Shown piece after piece: positions 27,586-37,943 of a stretch of DNA of 64,000 nt. How positions within the stretch are numbered: position 1 is the first letter of the stretch; each line of letters opens with the position of its first letter. The stretch comes from an uncultured Gammaproteobacteria bacterium (lineage in GTDB: Bacteria; Patescibacteriota; Microgenomatia; UBA8517), in the NCBI GenBank assembly GCA_964587425.1, contig CAZPLB010000002.1, positions 102,053 through 166,052 of the forward strand, read 5' to 3'. The position numbers and the translations under genes are program-made. The notes under the pieces are model-generated. The model saw only the letters and a list, made by a program, of their open reading frames with translations, had not been told where the DNA came from and searched no databases.

Positions 27586-28944
27586 CTAGTTTGAGCCATA
27601 TCTCCATACAACCACACCATTGAAATCAAGCTCCTGCTGCATTTTGTACCCTAAACCTTCAACTGTTTTTCTTGTTAAATCCGAAGGGTCTGAAATAGGT
27701 TGCGCGTAGCGAATAAGGAAAACCTCTTTTTCGCGTTTACCTAAATCATTGGGTTCAACAATTTTTGCATCAGGGTTGTAATATAAATATGCCTCTCTTT
27801 GAGATTCTGCAGGAAAGATAACTACATTGTGTCCGATAAATAAGGCAGCACTCCTCCAATCTTCCCTCCAGTAGTTTTTATTAAACAGGTAAATTCCACT
27901 AAAAAATAGGTTCAAGGCTACAACAATAACCAAAAGTGTAACTCTTACCCTTTTATTTTTTATGCTTTGTAAACCACTAGCCAAAATCAAATAGAGAGCG
28001 GGGAGTACAAATAAAAATCTGAAGTAGTTGAGTATTGGTATTTTGATGCTGATTAGTATCCCCAATCCTATTGGAACAATTAACCACATCCAAACAAGCT
28101 TCAGTTTCCCAACCTCTCTTCTAGATTTAAATATCAGATATCCAAAAAGAAGCGAAACCAGTGTAACTATTAATCCATATAGAAGCTTGTCATCAAACCC
28201 CACTCTTCCAATCATAAATTTAATTGGTATAAGTAAAATTTCCTTTAATGAAAAAATTCCCAAAGATTGTGCCCATAAAGAAATAGGTGAGACCATCAAT
28301 CCAGAATTAAACTGCCTCAAAAAGATTGGCAGCCACGCTGCTGCAAAAACACCCAATATAATGTGCGACCCAACTAACTTACTGAACCAAATTTTATCTT
28401 TTCTGTAAATAATTCCATAAATCCAGAAAACTGGCAAAATAAGTAATGCAACATAGTCGGTCATCCCAATGAGTGCAATTAAAACACCAAACACCAGCCA
28501 GTTCCCTACTCTATCGCTTTTCAAAATTTTCACGAATGAAAAGATTAGGCATGAAACTAAAAATGCAGTCATCGAATACATTCTGGCTTCTTGTGAGTAG
28601 TAAATATGAAGTCCAGAAGTGGCAAGCAGTAAACCAGCCACAATTCCAGCCTGCTTATCAATAATATTTCTGCCAATTAAATAGATAACATATATTGTAA
28701 GCACTCCAAAAATAATTGATGGCATTCTCCCTACAATCTCAGACGATCCAAAAATATCTACCCAAACCTTCATAAATAGATAGTAGAAAGGTGGATGAAA
28801 ATCACCTGGAGAAAACTTATTGATAATGTCACCAAAGGGAAAACTCCTGGCAACATTCATTGTTGTTGCCTCATCAATCCACAAAGATTGGTTCAAACTA
28901 ATAAATCTAAGCACTAAACCAAGTAGAAGAGTAAAAATAATCAT
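27586..28944 (-). CDS. GT-C membrane glycosyltransferase (GT39/PMT_2-like)
   Basis: SLWIDEA, D.HPP.YY, R.PS, YSQEARMY; multi-TM. Confidence 0.9.
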   Translation of the reverse strand: MIIFTLLLGLVLRFISLNQSLWIDEATTMNVARSFPFGDIINKFSPGDFHPPFYYLFMKVWVDIFGSSEIVGRMPSIIFGVLTIYVIYLIGRNIIDKQAGIVAGLLLATSGLHIYYSQEARMYSMTAFLVSCLIFSFVKILKSDRVGNWLVFGVLIALIGMTDYVALLILPVFWIYGIIYRKDKIWFSKLVGSHIILGVFAAAWLPIFLRQFNSGLMVSPISLWAQSLGIFSLKEILLIPIKFMIGRVGFDDKLLYGLIVTLVSLLFGYLIFKSRREVGKLKLVWMWLIVPIGLGILISIKIPILNYFRFLFVLPALYLILASGLQSIKNKRVRVTLLVIVVALNLFFSGIYLFNKNYWREDWRSAALFIGHNVVIFPAESQREAYLYYNPDAKIVEPNDLGKREKEVFLIRYAQPISDPSDLTRKTVEGLGYKMQQELDFNGVVVWRYGSN

Positions 28945-29783
28945 TTAGATGTTTTTCCTGTAGCAATCATCTCAAATATCCCAATAAAAATACCAAAATC
29001 GTAAACCAGCTTAAAAAAAACAAATCTTAATTCAGAATTGTGAATACTTTTATATAAACCAATCAAAATAGAAACTGGAAGCGAACTTCTCAAAAGCGCA
29101 ACCAAAACCCCTATAATTCCCAATTTATAGCTTCTTTTTCCAACCCATCTGGCCTGAGCAAAAACCTCGCCCAAGGTTTCAGGATTTTTGTGGTAAAAAA
29201 TTGCGTCGGGTACCGCCACTGCTTCATAACCAAGTTTGTCGCTCAATGTCCAATCATCCGTATACCCAGCCTTTTCATCAAATCCACTTACCTTCTCAAA
29301 TTCAATTTTTAGAATTGCCCTGAAAACTTTTTGGTGATCTGGGTAATCATCTGGCAAACGCCTTTTAGTGAATAAATTATTATTGAAATTCCAACACTTT
29401 GCCCAGACATTATCCCAGTTGCTAACATACTCCTCCCTACTGAAGGTTCCTTTGGCTTTATCTTGTTCGATAGGCTCGATCAATTTCTGTAAGAATTTTG
29501 GGTCAAAAGTCATATCAGAGTCAACAAATATTAAAATCTTTCCTTTCGTATGTTTCACTCCCAAATTCCTTGCAGCCCCTGCTCCTTTATGTTTTTGAGT
29601 AAAAACTTTTAGCTTGTATTTTTCTTCAACTCCATTTAGTAGTGATAATGTCGTGTCAGTTGACCCATCATCAACTACAATAATTTCAAAATCTTTGAAA
29701 GTTTGTTCAGAAAGTGAATCAAGACACGAAAGAATATCTTTCTCCTCGTTGTATGTTGGTATAACTACAGAAACATTAACCAT
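28941..29783 (-). CDS. GT2 glycosyltransferase
   Basis: SVVIPTYNEE, VVDDGSTD, ARN.G, FVDSD. Confidence 0.93.
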   Translation of the reverse strand: MVNVSVVIPTYNEEKDILSCLDSLSEQTFKDFEIIVVDDGSTDTTLSLLNGVEEKYKLKVFTQKHKGAGAARNLGVKHTKGKILIFVDSDMTFDPKFLQKLIEPIEQDKAKGTFSREEYVSNWDNVWAKCWNFNNNLFTKRRLPDDYPDHQKVFRAILKIEFEKVSGFDEKAGYTDDWTLSDKLGYEAVAVPDAIFYHKNPETLGEVFAQARWVGKRSYKLGIIGVLVALLRSSLPVSILIGLYKSIHNSELRFVFFKLVYDFGIFIGIFEMIATGKTSK

Positions 29784-30715
29784 TATTTATTATTCATTTC
29801 TTTAAACAAATCATCGTATTTTTTTGCAATTTCATCCCAATTAAACTTTTCTGCCTGTTTTCGTGGAATATTTCCCCATTTTTTCTCCAATGCTTTATTT
29901 AATGCTTCAGCATACTTTTCTGCATTAGTTGGATCAATATATAGTCCTGCGTCCCCAATAATCTCACGTCTTATTGGATCATCTGTTGCAACAACTGGAA
30001 GGCCAGATGCCATTGCTTCAACCATCACTATTCCAAAAGACTCATAAGGTACTGTTGGATAGGAAAAAATATCGCATGCTGGATAAACCTTCGGCATATC
30101 ATCATGGGATAAAGAAATAACTTTAAATCTTCCACTAAGAACTTCATCTCCCAATCTTTGTAATTCTGATTGCAAATTTCCTTTCCCAACCAAAAGCAGT
30201 GATGCTTTAGTTTCAGAAACAGCCTTTATAAGTAAGTCCAATCTCTTCTCAGCAACCATTGCAGCGACACATAAAACTATTGGCTTTGGCAAATCAATCT
30301 TAATTGGCCTAACCTTTGCATTAAATTTTTCCAAATCAACGCCGTTTGGAATATAGACAGACTTCACAGAAGGATTCACAGCTCTTGCCCATCTCAAAGC
30401 ATAACCTGATATAGGTACGAATACATTGGGGAAAGAATATAAATTAATCCTATCGTCCAAGCCTTTCCCAGATTGCCCAGAAACCACCATCTTTCCACCG
30501 TTCAACCAAGTAATAAGTCTCACCAAAATTACCTGAGAGCGTCCATTTGTTGGAATTACAAAATCATATTTCTTTTTAAATAGATTCCAATAATTAATAT
30601 TGGAGATCACGTCAACATCGTAATTACCAGAAAGCCGTTTGGAAATCTCAGCAACATATGTTTCTGCTCCCCTATTAACTTTATCCTGATATTTATTTAA
30701 AAAAGCAATCTTCAT
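29783..30715 (-). CDS. GT4 glycosyltransferase
   Basis: RGAET, IPNGVD, ESFGIV.VEAMASGLPVV; start at the ATGA overlap 30715. Confidence 0.92.
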   Translation of the reverse strand: MKIAFLNKYQDKVNRGAETYVAEISKRLSGNYDVDVISNINYWNLFKKKYDFVIPTNGRSQVILVRLITWLNGGKMVVSGQSGKGLDDRINLYSFPNVFVPISGYALRWARAVNPSVKSVYIPNGVDLEKFNAKVRPIKIDLPKPIVLCVAAMVAEKRLDLLIKAVSETKASLLLVGKGNLQSELQRLGDEVLSGRFKVISLSHDDMPKVYPACDIFSYPTVPYESFGIVMVEAMASGLPVVATDDPIRREIIGDAGLYIDPTNAEKYAEALNKALEKKWGNIPRKQAEKFNWDEIAKKYDDLFKEMNNK

Positions 30716-32067
30716 TTTCTTTTCCATTCCCAAACTCCTTTCTCAACCTCCCCTTCTTTATTATAGTTTTTATTTATCCAATCTGTAATCTGTTTCGGTT
30801 GATACACTCCAAGGTCATACCAGTTGCCATTATCAGGAGTTCTCCAGTAAATATTGCTTGGTGGATTTTTCTCAAAACTATCAACAACTTTTTCCTGCAC
30901 GCCAGGAATTTCCAAATACCATCCAAAATTATCAAGCCAGGGTTTACTTGGCTGTCTATCGGCAAATGCATATAAATTGGAATTTAAACCAAGCAAATAA
31001 ATTGTTTCATCCTTATTTGTTCTGTTTCCAATCAACTCTCCCAATTTAACATCATCTTCACCCCAAAACCTAGCTTCACCAATTTTCAAAGTTCTAAAGT
31101 TAACCAAAAAGACGAAAGCCGGAATTAAACAAATAATATACAAAAATTTGGGGTTCAGATTTCTCAAAACATAAGAATACAAGACAATCAAAAAGACAAG
31201 TGCTGGTTGGAAGTGGAAAAATGAAAATCTAGGATAAACTCCAATCAAACCTGCTCCAAACATGAAAAGTAAAAAAACAAACAGTTTATCCTTAATTATT
31301 TTCCCGTTTCTTAAAATAAGATATAACAAAGGGGTAATCAAAATCGCAAGCAAAACAAATTCTCTTTTTGAAGGAATAATCTGTACATATCCAGGAAACT
31401 TTGTCCAAAAAGCTGAAGGATAAATAATTGCCCAATTTAAGAAATCTTGTAAGGAATTTTGTTTAACTAAAACAGGCAAAAGAGGTACCAAACAAATAGC
31501 TATCCCTACAAAAAAGTTAACAAAAACTTTTCGTCTTCGCTCAGAAATAAAGAGATAGAATATACTACAAGCTATATAAAATATAGCTGTCTGTTTTGTA
31601 AGTAAAGCAAGTCCAAGAGCAATGCCTGCATACAAATATTTTTTCTTCAGAAGAAGTAAAAATGTTGAAAGTAGGAAGGGTATCAAAAACAAATCTGGCC
31701 AAACCATATTTCCCTCCAGAATTGGCTGAAGTAAGGCATAGACAAGTACTGAAACAATCGGCAAATATTTGCTGTCAGTAATTTTCTTTACTATGAAAAA
31801 AATCAAAATATCGCTAATTAAAATAGATATCCATCCAAATAACTGTAAAACAATTAACTTGTAACCAAAAAACTTAAATAAGATTGCGAGTACTGTCACC
31901 AAAAGTGGCGGATATGCATGGATAGCATCTTTATATAGAACAAAACCGTTATTAATTAAATATGGGAAACTAACCATCTCAGGCCATGCAGTAAACTGCA
32001 ATCTAGAAATTACAGAAAAATGAAGAGCTAAAATTATAAATAATAGTAAATCAATATTTTTTCTCAT
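30712..32067 (-). CDS. GT-C-like membrane protein (ArnT-like)
   Basis: multi-TM; AWPE, LY.D....PP, ALL.KQ, C-terminal soluble domain; start uncertain (32067-32100). Confidence 0.75.
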   Translation of the reverse strand: MRKNIDLLLFIILALHFSVISRLQFTAWPEMVSFPYLINNGFVLYKDAIHAYPPLLVTVLAILFKFFGYKLIVLQLFGWISILISDILIFFIVKKITDSKYLPIVSVLVYALLQPILEGNMVWPDLFLIPFLLSTFLLLLKKKYLYAGIALGLALLTKQTAIFYIACSIFYLFISERRRKVFVNFFVGIAICLVPLLPVLVKQNSLQDFLNWAIIYPSAFWTKFPGYVQIIPSKREFVLLAILITPLLYLILRNGKIIKDKLFVFLLFMFGAGLIGVYPRFSFFHFQPALVFLIVLYSYVLRNLNPKFLYIICLIPAFVFLVNFRTLKIGEARFWGEDDVKLGELIGNRTNKDETIYLLGLNSNLYAFADRQPSKPWLDNFGWYLEIPGVQEKVVDSFEKNPPSNIYWRTPDNGNWYDLGVYQPKQITDWINKNYNKEGEVEKGVWEWKRK

Positions 32068-32084
32068 TATCAATCTAATTAACA

Positions 32085-32504
32085 TTAGTTGCCCATCCAA
32101 TCTTTGCTGTAAGGCAAAAAATACATTGGGTAATATTCCTTAAACCACGATCTCCACTCGCCAAAGAATTTACCCCAAAATTCTCTAGCTACACCCATAT
32201 TTTCATCATCCAAAAGTTTCTCCCTAGATGCCTGACAAAGAGCAACATAAAACATAGCATGGCCGACATCAAGTTTTTGCGTAACTTGTTCGTCCATCGG
32301 TCGCTGTTTCAATTGGTCCGCAATTTTATCAAACACTAGCCATACCCTTTGATAGCACCAACTCCAACAAAACCCTTCAGAAATTATGTCACCCATATCA
32401 AGATAGTCAGGAGTTACCCCAAATTGTTCATATGAAAAGAAATTATACGACTGGATCTGAAGTGTCTCATCACGCATTTTGGATCTATCGTCTCTTTCTG
32501 ACAT
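32085..32504 (-). CDS. hypothetical protein
   Basis: ORF filling the gap between two glycan genes; Trp/Phe-rich; no motif; start uncertain (32504 or 32525). Confidence 0.55.
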   Translation of the reverse strand: MSERDDRSKMRDETLQIQSYNFFSYEQFGVTPDYLDMGDIISEGFCWSWCYQRVWLVFDKIADQLKQRPMDEQVTQKLDVGHAMFYVALCQASREKLLDDENMGVAREFWGKFFGEWRSWFKEYYPMYFLPYSKDWMGN

Positions 32505-32508
32505 GTTC

Positions 32509-33207
32509 CTAAATTTTCTTTCCAATCATAGTCATACTGTCTCCCATGTTGGAACTTGTTACAAAAATATCATATGGGATGTTAATTAAATTTGTAAAAA
32601 ATCTTTTCTTCATTCCAATAAATGATTGCCTTATCTCCAACAGTGGATCATAAAACTCAAAAATTCCAGACCTACTTTCAAAGTAAACAACATCAAACCC
32701 AGATTCCTTAAATAGTTTAGACAAACTGTCCTTTGTAAACTGCGATTTATGTTCAAGTGGTAGTCTATATGGCCATCTATCTCCCAATACTTTTGATCCC
32801 CACCCTCCAGCATTAGGAACATCAATTAATATGTAACCATCTTTCTTTAAAATTCTATTTGCCTTTTTCAAAACCCCAAGAGGGTCATCCATGTGTTCAA
32901 GAGTGTGATTGGCAACAACACAATCAAAATAAATAGATGGTAATTTAGCTCTTTCAAAATATGTATTCAATATTTTATGTCTCTTAGACTTTGCCAATTC
33001 AGCAGACTCGGATGGTTCCACTCCCCAAGTCTCCCAGTTATTCTCTCTGAATATATCTAGCATCACACCAGTCGAACACCCAATTTCCAGGACCCTTCCT
33101 TCCTTTGCAAATCTTTTCATCGTAAAAAAACGCTTCATGAAAATATTCCTGAAGTGATCCTCAAATTTTTTGTAGGTATCATCCCTGTGGTACTTTTCGT
33201 AATCCAT
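32509..33207 (-). CDS. class I SAM-dependent methyltransferase
   Basis: VLEIGCSTG, GVEPS, FD.V...H.LEH..DP, VPN. Confidence 0.92.
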   Translation of the reverse strand: MDYEKYHRDDTYKKFEDHFRNIFMKRFFTMKRFAKEGRVLEIGCSTGVMLDIFRENNWETWGVEPSESAELAKSKRHKILNTYFERAKLPSIYFDCVVANHTLEHMDDPLGVLKKANRILKKDGYILIDVPNAGGWGSKVLGDRWPYRLPLEHKSQFTKDSLSKLFKESGFDVVYFESRSGIFEFYDPLLEIRQSFIGMKKRFFTNLINIPYDIFVTSSNMGDSMTMIGKKI

Positions 33208-33208
33208 A

Positions 33209-34042
33209 TTAATATCCAACCTTCTTTGGTAAGTATCTTCTTTTCATTTTTCTCAGAGGTGTTTCAAAGAAAGACTGCAACCAAAAACCAGAGTCCATAT
33301 TCTCCCAAACATTTGGAACAATATTTGGCCTACTCCTGAAAAAAACTTCAGGATAATAATAATTAAGCGGGAAATTAATACCAATCTCATGTTTCAACTT
33401 ATGATTTCTTTTATATACTTCATCCAAACTTGTTGACCTATTTAAAAAACTGGCGTGAAGGTATGGAGCATCGTCCAGCAATTTTATCCTTGTTTTGTCC
33501 CTATCTTGTATTAGCACCCCTCTTTCATCTGCATATCCCCAAAGTCCATGAGGATTTATAGAATTAAGCCCTGGAATTTTTCTATTAACTGCCCGTAAGT
33601 TATAATGTCCAACTTTACCCGCCAGATTATAGTTACCAGCCCTTTCTTCCTGGTAATGATAAATGTCACCAACCAAATTGATGGTAGGCACAACAAGACA
33701 ATCATATCTATCGCCAAACTTCGATACAAAACGTCTTAACTTTGATATTGATCTATCCCACCAAATTTCATCTCCATCAACAGTTAAAAACCAATCACTT
33801 TTCGTTTCATCAAGCATCTCCTGACGAACCTTATCCTCCTCAAAAACATTTCCAGTTTTGATTCTTTTGAATTTAATTTTAGGATCATGAATTGATTCTA
33901 TTATTTGTATTGTCTTGTCAGTACTCCCCGTATCCCAAACAATATATTCATCTACATAATTAATAACAGACATTATGGAATACCAAATAAATCTGTCCTC
34001 ATTTTTAACTAATGTATGTGCTGTAATTTTCATATCTATCAT
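33209..34042 (-). CDS. GT2 glycosyltransferase
   Basis: VKNE, DTGSTD.T, W.L.VDGDE. Confidence 0.88.
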   Translation of the reverse strand: MIDMKITAHTLVKNEDRFIWYSIMSVINYVDEYIVWDTGSTDKTIQIIESIHDPKIKFKRIKTGNVFEEDKVRQEMLDETKSDWFLTVDGDEIWWDRSISKLRRFVSKFGDRYDCLVVPTINLVGDIYHYQEERAGNYNLAGKVGHYNLRAVNRKIPGLNSINPHGLWGYADERGVLIQDRDKTRIKLLDDAPYLHASFLNRSTSLDEVYKRNHKLKHEIGINFPLNYYYPEVFFRSRPNIVPNVWENMDSGFWLQSFFETPLRKMKRRYLPKKVGY

Positions 34043-35304
34043 TTCTTAAACTTTTTGATAGTCCAGTAAAGAGGTATTAGAAGATTAGACACGTTCCCAA
34101 TAAGAACTATTATTGCAGCTCCTGTAATCCCAATTGTATTAATTAAGAAGTGTCCGCCAATTCCAATAATAAAAAGGTGAATGATACTTATGTAAAAAAA
34201 TAATTTTGGGTATGAAAAATAATAGATAACAGCAGTATGAACTGGTATGGAAATCAAAAAGATTGCTTGAGAAATAATTAAGATGACATATGGAGTAAAA
34301 CTTCCCAAGTATGAATCACCATAGAATTTATTGATTACAAAATATCCAATAGGTAGTCCAACTAAAATCCCAAGTATTGCAAGTACTGAAACAAATAACT
34401 GTACTTTCTTAAGGTATTTAATTGCTTGCGCATTTGTTTCAAAGCCCGCAAGCTTTGGAGCAACAACAGTTGCTATAGCTCCTACAATTTGTGCAACAAT
34501 ACTAGTAAGATTTAATGCCACTGAATAAATTCCAACATCTGACAAACTCATATATTTAGTTACAAGAAATGTATCAAGGCGTGAGGAAAATGCACCAATC
34601 AATGTAAACGTGGCAATCCACCTGTTATATTTAAAAAATTCACTATAAATACTACTTATGTTTTTCGCTCCAAGAAACTTTGGAAGAAACAAAAACGAGA
34701 ACAAAAATCCAACCAGTAAGGTAATTGTAAAAGCATCAAGACCGCTTACGACAGTAAGTGTTCCTGCCAAAAATAAAATATATGCTAAAACAAGTCTCCC
34801 GGCATTCGCGAATATATTAACTGCTCCCCACACAAAAAATCTCTGAATGGCTTGCAAACTGCTCATCGCAAATGAGAAAAGCATTGTTGCAGCTGCCCCA
34901 ATGAGAGCTAGCCTCAAGGGTATCAATAGCTCAGGCTTTGTCAGTACAGAATTGGCAACATACGGAACAGTAAACCATCCAACAAGAACCACAATTGTTG
35001 CCACAATCATCTTTGTAACAAGTCCTAGCTTCAGGAATTGAAGTGCCTTATCCTTTTCATCCCTAATATACCTCCCTACAAAATTAATTATTCCAGTATC
35101 TGTTCCAATGTTTGCAATATCTGCAATAAGTCCAACAAATACAATTGCGACAGAAAAAATACCAAATGAAGAAGTGTCTAAAAACCGAGCCATTAAAGTG
35201 TAGAACGCAAAACCCAAAAGCCCGTTAATTAGAGTTGCAAAACTAACATAACTACTTTGGTAAAAAGTTTTCGTCCTTGCGATACTAAGAATTTTTTCTT
35301 TCAT
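34039..35304 (-). CDS. wzx: oligosaccharide flippase (Wzx/MOP family)
   Basis: ~12 TM; AR.L....FG, RLD.FL...VGIY.VA, G..GAA. Confidence 0.85.
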   Translation of the reverse strand: MKEKILSIARTKTFYQSSYVSFATLINGLLGFAFYTLMARFLDTSSFGIFSVAIVFVGLIADIANIGTDTGIINFVGRYIRDEKDKALQFLKLGLVTKMIVATIVVLVGWFTVPYVANSVLTKPELLIPLRLALIGAAATMLFSFAMSSLQAIQRFFVWGAVNIFANAGRLVLAYILFLAGTLTVVSGLDAFTITLLVGFLFSFLFLPKFLGAKNISSIYSEFFKYNRWIATFTLIGAFSSRLDTFLVTKYMSLSDVGIYSVALNLTSIVAQIVGAIATVVAPKLAGFETNAQAIKYLKKVQLFVSVLAILGILVGLPIGYFVINKFYGDSYLGSFTPYVILIISQAIFLISIPVHTAVIYYFSYPKLFFYISIIHLFIIGIGGHFLINTIGITGAAIIVLIGNVSNLLIPLYWTIKKFKK

Positions 35305-37792
35305 GTAAATAAATTAGGGTTGCAGTTATTGAAAAAACTGAAATTAAAGAAAAATAAATACCCCATCTAACATATTCTTGACCTTTAAAGGTAATCTCGG
35401 TACCTTGCCATTTTTCACCAACATAAAATCCATTTATCGCAGAATATATAGGTACTGAGTTGGAACTGCCTGAATTATATTTTAACTTCCATAACACATT
35501 ATAATTGTCATTAAAGATAACCCATCGATATCCATCTGGAGGAGTGAACTTGTACCTATCCAAACCGCTCTCAACCTCAACTTCTTTGTATATAGCCCCT
35601 TTCTTAAAATCATTCACACTCATTATTCCAAAGTGTTTTATAAATACATCTGCTCGACTTAAACTTGCATCAAATTCTTTTTTGGGAATTAATGCAATAG
35701 TGTTCAAAACCTCAAAACCGCTTTTATTCTCTACACTATATTCAAACCCGTCCTTTAAAGCAGTCGTCATCTTTTCGTCAACAATCTGCCACTTAAAAGA
35801 AGTATTTTTATGAGCCGCATCTAAACTTCGATACGCCAAAACATAGTCTCCCACTTCAGGAACACTAAATCTAAAAGTAATTTTCTCTCCAGCTTTAGTT
35901 GAAAAAGCGATTCCCTTTTGATAATCAAAGGCATTAAAGTTAATGCCTCGCACAAGTAATTCATATTTATATTTCAAATAATCTTTGGTGTTATAAACCG
36001 CCCATTGATTGGCTTTGCTTTCATTTGGTCCCAAAAAATATTTCTGAAGAAAGCTCATCCCTAGGTCAGTCTTATCTGTTCCGTTAAATACCAATGAGAC
36101 ACTTTTTGCATCCAATCCTTCGAGATCTTCTGAATTCAGTTTTCCATCCTCAAAATAAACGCTAGGGAAAAGCGACCCAGTGCTTGGACCAATAACCGCT
36201 GCTATTTTTTGAACTGCAAAAAATCTTGGGTAAGAATTATTAACTTTGTAGATTGGAAATTTAACCCCCCAATCGATCTTTTCAAGTTTATTATTCTTCT
36301 CAATTAAATCGACAGTTTTATCCCAATCTTTTTGTTCACTCTCGGTCTTTGAAAGCTCCCTTGGGTTGCCGGATACAATAAGATACTTAATTCCAAAAAC
36401 TCTAAACCAATCGACATAACTATCATCATTAAGATAATTAAATGGATTCTCGCCGGCATTTATATTTGAAAGTGGAGAAAGTTTGACTAAATCTTTCGCA
36501 TCAAGTGATTGCTGCTCCTCAGTATGATATGCAAATGGCGGTTTTTCACTAAACCATGCTATCCTGGAAAAATGGTCGTCCTGCCTCAATACGTTTGCAA
36601 TCCCATGAAAATCACCCAAATTAATGTCTCTGCCCAAAACTCCATTTAGTCTTCCAAAAAAACCTTGCCAAACCAAAAATAAAATATAAACAAAAAATAA
36701 AAATTTGATTGCAAACGAAAATCTAGCAAATCTGCGTGCAATTTCTTCAATTGCCACTCCTATCAAAATTCCACCAATTATAATAACTGGTATAAAAAAT
36801 TTAGTTGAATCTCGAAAAACCACACCCAAGGGAGTGTTAACTAAAAGGTGGTATGCCCCACCAAGAGGCGCTGACTCACCTTTAACCAAAAACGCAAAGA
36901 TTAAAAAAACAAAAGTAATCCAGACTGTCTTTTTGTACTTTTGCAAAAACAAAGGTAGAAATATTAAAATTGGTATTAATACAAAATAAAAATAAGGTGT
37001 TGCAACTTTCCCAAATTCATTACTTGGCCAATTGGGAGAAAAAATTAGAAGTGCATTCAAAAGTGATGTCAATTGCAAAGATGAAACACTACTATCTAAA
37101 GAACCCGCTGCAAAATGAAAACTGGGTATAATCCAATACGAAGAAAGTCCCATTAAGCAAAGTGACATGATAGCCAGTATGACTAATCTTCTTTTCTTGG
37201 CAATCTTTAAGACAAATGCTAAACCAATACAAATTACAGATATTCTAAAATCAACAATTGTCAAAACAAAAGTTGATATTAAAGCAATCAAAAAATTCTT
37301 GATTGTCAAATTATCAATTAATCTAACCAAGGTAAATAAAACCAATGGAAATAATCCATAGGCAAGAGCCACTCCAACCTGTCCTCCATCAACCACAAGT
37401 AAAAAATAAGTATTAACTAGGTATATTAAGGTTGCAAAAAATTGAACCGTCGTAGAATACTTTTCATACCGAACAAAAAGTACTGTCCCCAAAAATCCAA
37501 AAATTAAAGAGGGAAAGTAGAAAAAAACTCTGATAATTACATCATTATTTATATGCAAGAAAGTCCCAAGGGCTCCATAAATAACCATCAATGGGTAAAT
37601 CCACAAAAACAAATTTACGCTACCCAAAGTATTCCCTCTTGTAATCCAGGAAACAGGAAAACTCACCAACTCCCTTAGACCATCAGGGAAAAAATAAGGA
37701 GCATCTCCCCAAACCGCAGGTCCAGGCAAAAAAAGTTTTCTGAAAAGAAATATGACAGCAAGAACAATAAGGATAAAACTAACTTTTTTCAT
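35285..37792 (-). CDS. large GT-C-like membrane protein (YfhO/AftD-like)
   Basis: WGDAP after TM1, multi-TM core, FRD..KF, G.KY.I, C-terminal beta domain plus terminal TM. Confidence 0.75.
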   Translation of the reverse strand: MKKVSFILIVLAVIFLFRKLFLPGPAVWGDAPYFFPDGLRELVSFPVSWITRGNTLGSVNLFLWIYPLMVIYGALGTFLHINNDVIIRVFFYFPSLIFGFLGTVLFVRYEKYSTTVQFFATLIYLVNTYFLLVVDGGQVGVALAYGLFPLVLFTLVRLIDNLTIKNFLIALISTFVLTIVDFRISVICIGLAFVLKIAKKRRLVILAIMSLCLMGLSSYWIIPSFHFAAGSLDSSVSSLQLTSLLNALLIFSPNWPSNEFGKVATPYFYFVLIPILIFLPLFLQKYKKTVWITFVFLIFAFLVKGESAPLGGAYHLLVNTPLGVVFRDSTKFFIPVIIIGGILIGVAIEEIARRFARFSFAIKFLFFVYILFLVWQGFFGRLNGVLGRDINLGDFHGIANVLRQDDHFSRIAWFSEKPPFAYHTEEQQSLDAKDLVKLSPLSNINAGENPFNYLNDDSYVDWFRVFGIKYLIVSGNPRELSKTESEQKDWDKTVDLIEKNNKLEKIDWGVKFPIYKVNNSYPRFFAVQKIAAVIGPSTGSLFPSVYFEDGKLNSEDLEGLDAKSVSLVFNGTDKTDLGMSFLQKYFLGPNESKANQWAVYNTKDYLKYKYELLVRGINFNAFDYQKGIAFSTKAGEKITFRFSVPEVGDYVLAYRSLDAAHKNTSFKWQIVDEKMTTALKDGFEYSVENKSGFEVLNTIALIPKKEFDASLSRADVFIKHFGIMSVNDFKKGAIYKEVEVESGLDRYKFTPPDGYRWVIFNDNYNVLWKLKYNSGSSNSVPIYSAINGFYVGEKWQGTEITFKGQEYVRWGIYFSLISVFSITATLIYLHERKNS

Positions 37793-37943
37793 TTATTATT
37801 AATTTAAACAGGGTAACAGCGACAAGAAAATAAAAAATCCAATTCCCAGCCCTAATTGCAAAACCCCAATGATTTGTTGCCAAAAGAAAGCCAGTTATCA
37901 GAAAACCAGTGAATGTTATACTAATAAAAATCTTATTGGTCAT
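37779..37943 (-). CDS. small two-TM membrane protein (54 aa)
   Basis: MTNKIFISITFTGFLITGFLLATNHWGFAIRAGNWIFYFLVAVTLFKLIINEKS; TATAAT 7 nt before ATG 37943; stop overlaps the next start. Confidence 0.65.
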   Translation of the reverse strand: MTNKIFISITFTGFLITGFLLATNHWGFAIRAGNWIFYFLVAVTLFKLIINEKS

